This document shows, piece by piece, positions 62,933-64,000 of a DNA stretch of 64,000 nt. A program made the position numbers and the translations under genes. Numbering within the stretch: the first letter of the stretch is position 1; each line of letters begins with the position of its first letter. Origin of the DNA: Tubiluchus corallicola (taxonomy: Eukaryota > Animalia > Priapulida). The notes beneath the pieces are model-generated. The model worked only from the letters and a program-made list of their open reading frames with translations, was not told the DNA's origin and searched no databases. Where the stretch lies: assembly GCA_030141605.1 (NCBI GenBank), contig JAQGDQ010000156.1, positions 248,001 to 312,000 on the forward strand. Direction: 5' to 3'.

Positions 62933-64000
62933 GTCAGTGACTCAGTATTGTATGTTATTTTTAAATTGTATGTATCACATTGCAAATATAGGACTTTTGC
63001 AATGTGGTACATTGTAAGAGGAAGTGTTTTTCATTTCAAAATTTTTTAAACAAATTATTTTCATTTGTAAAATTCTGGTTGTTTGTACTCTTTATTACTT
63101 ATACTATACCAAGTACTATAATCACTCTACATTCTGACAGTAATGCGTTGAAGCGTGTAGTTGACCAAGCAAGAGGCTTATGGTAGAGTGATAGTGCCGG
63201 GCTAGTTGAAATTCATGAAAATGGCAAACTAGTACAATGGACTAGTAATATCTAGAAATCACCTTGTTCTTAACAGGTCTAACTAGTCCATAGTTAAAAA
63301 AAGCAAGTGCAAATTTGCGTGAATCGTTTTTTTCTAAACAGCTGCGCAATATAATTATTAAGATTTGTGTAAATAAAAACTTATTTTTATGTAATCATTA
63401 TTGCAAATGTATTTTTAATATTAACTATTTTAATAAAAAGTAGTAAGAAAACAAGAGAGCCGGTTAGTCAAATCAATCAAATACATTTAATTTTTTGAAT
63501 TTTATAATGTGTAATTTGCTAATGCTATATGCTTTCGTTTAAACAGTTCATGTATTGTTTGCTTGTTTTCTATTACTGGCGCAAAAAAATGTACCAGGCC
63601 TTTCTTGACTGTCTGTTACACAGATATGTTCCCCTCTGTGGAGGGTTCATTTGGCTCTAACCGTCCATATCGTGCAAGCCCACAAACGCTCATGAATCAG
63701 GTTACTACAACAAGTCTATCTGCCGCGGATGCCTGCATGATGCAAAAATACATTATTTTTATAAGCGCGCTAATAAGTTGTAAAAAAAACAGAGAACCAA
63801 AACTACATTTTCTGCGAGGAAATATTCAAAACACGTGCGTACAATGCGTGTACAAACAATGAACATCTTGTTTGATTCCACTACTTGCCTGTGGGGCTAG
63901 TAACTGGCTAACTACACTAGTCCTTTTGCTAGCCTCGGCCTAGTATGAACTTCAATCCCTGGCAGTAGATAAGCTTGTTATTAGAAATCTGATCGCAAGT

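Overview
AT-rich, intron-containing animal (invertebrate-looking) genomic DNA; nothing prokaryotic, and no CRISPR or rRNA. Five protein-coding loci are supported: FAN1 (minus, single coding exon), golgin-45/BLZF1 (plus, at least 6 exons), TMEM175 (minus, single coding exon), a 3-exon 137-aa secreted single IGFBP/IB-domain protein with a duplicated extra Cys motif (minus; only one exon is in the ORF track), and a large exon of an unidentified gene with JNK-docking-like motifs near the right edge. Much of the rest is transposon debris: a nearly intact CR1-group LINE and a second CR1 3' end nested in a Tigger-like MITE, a non-autonomous Helitron, a 2.7-kb TTAA-flanked DNA transposon, hAT and Harbinger MITEs, RTE/L2/CR1 fragments, tRNA-derived SINE heads and long microsatellites. 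The most interesting points are the unusual IB-domain protein, a Ser/Ala swap between the two pore helices of TMEM175, splice acceptors just upstream of several start codons (5'-UTR introns or SL trans-splicing), and a covarying CR1 3' stem-loop. All calls are by eye; no database searches were run.
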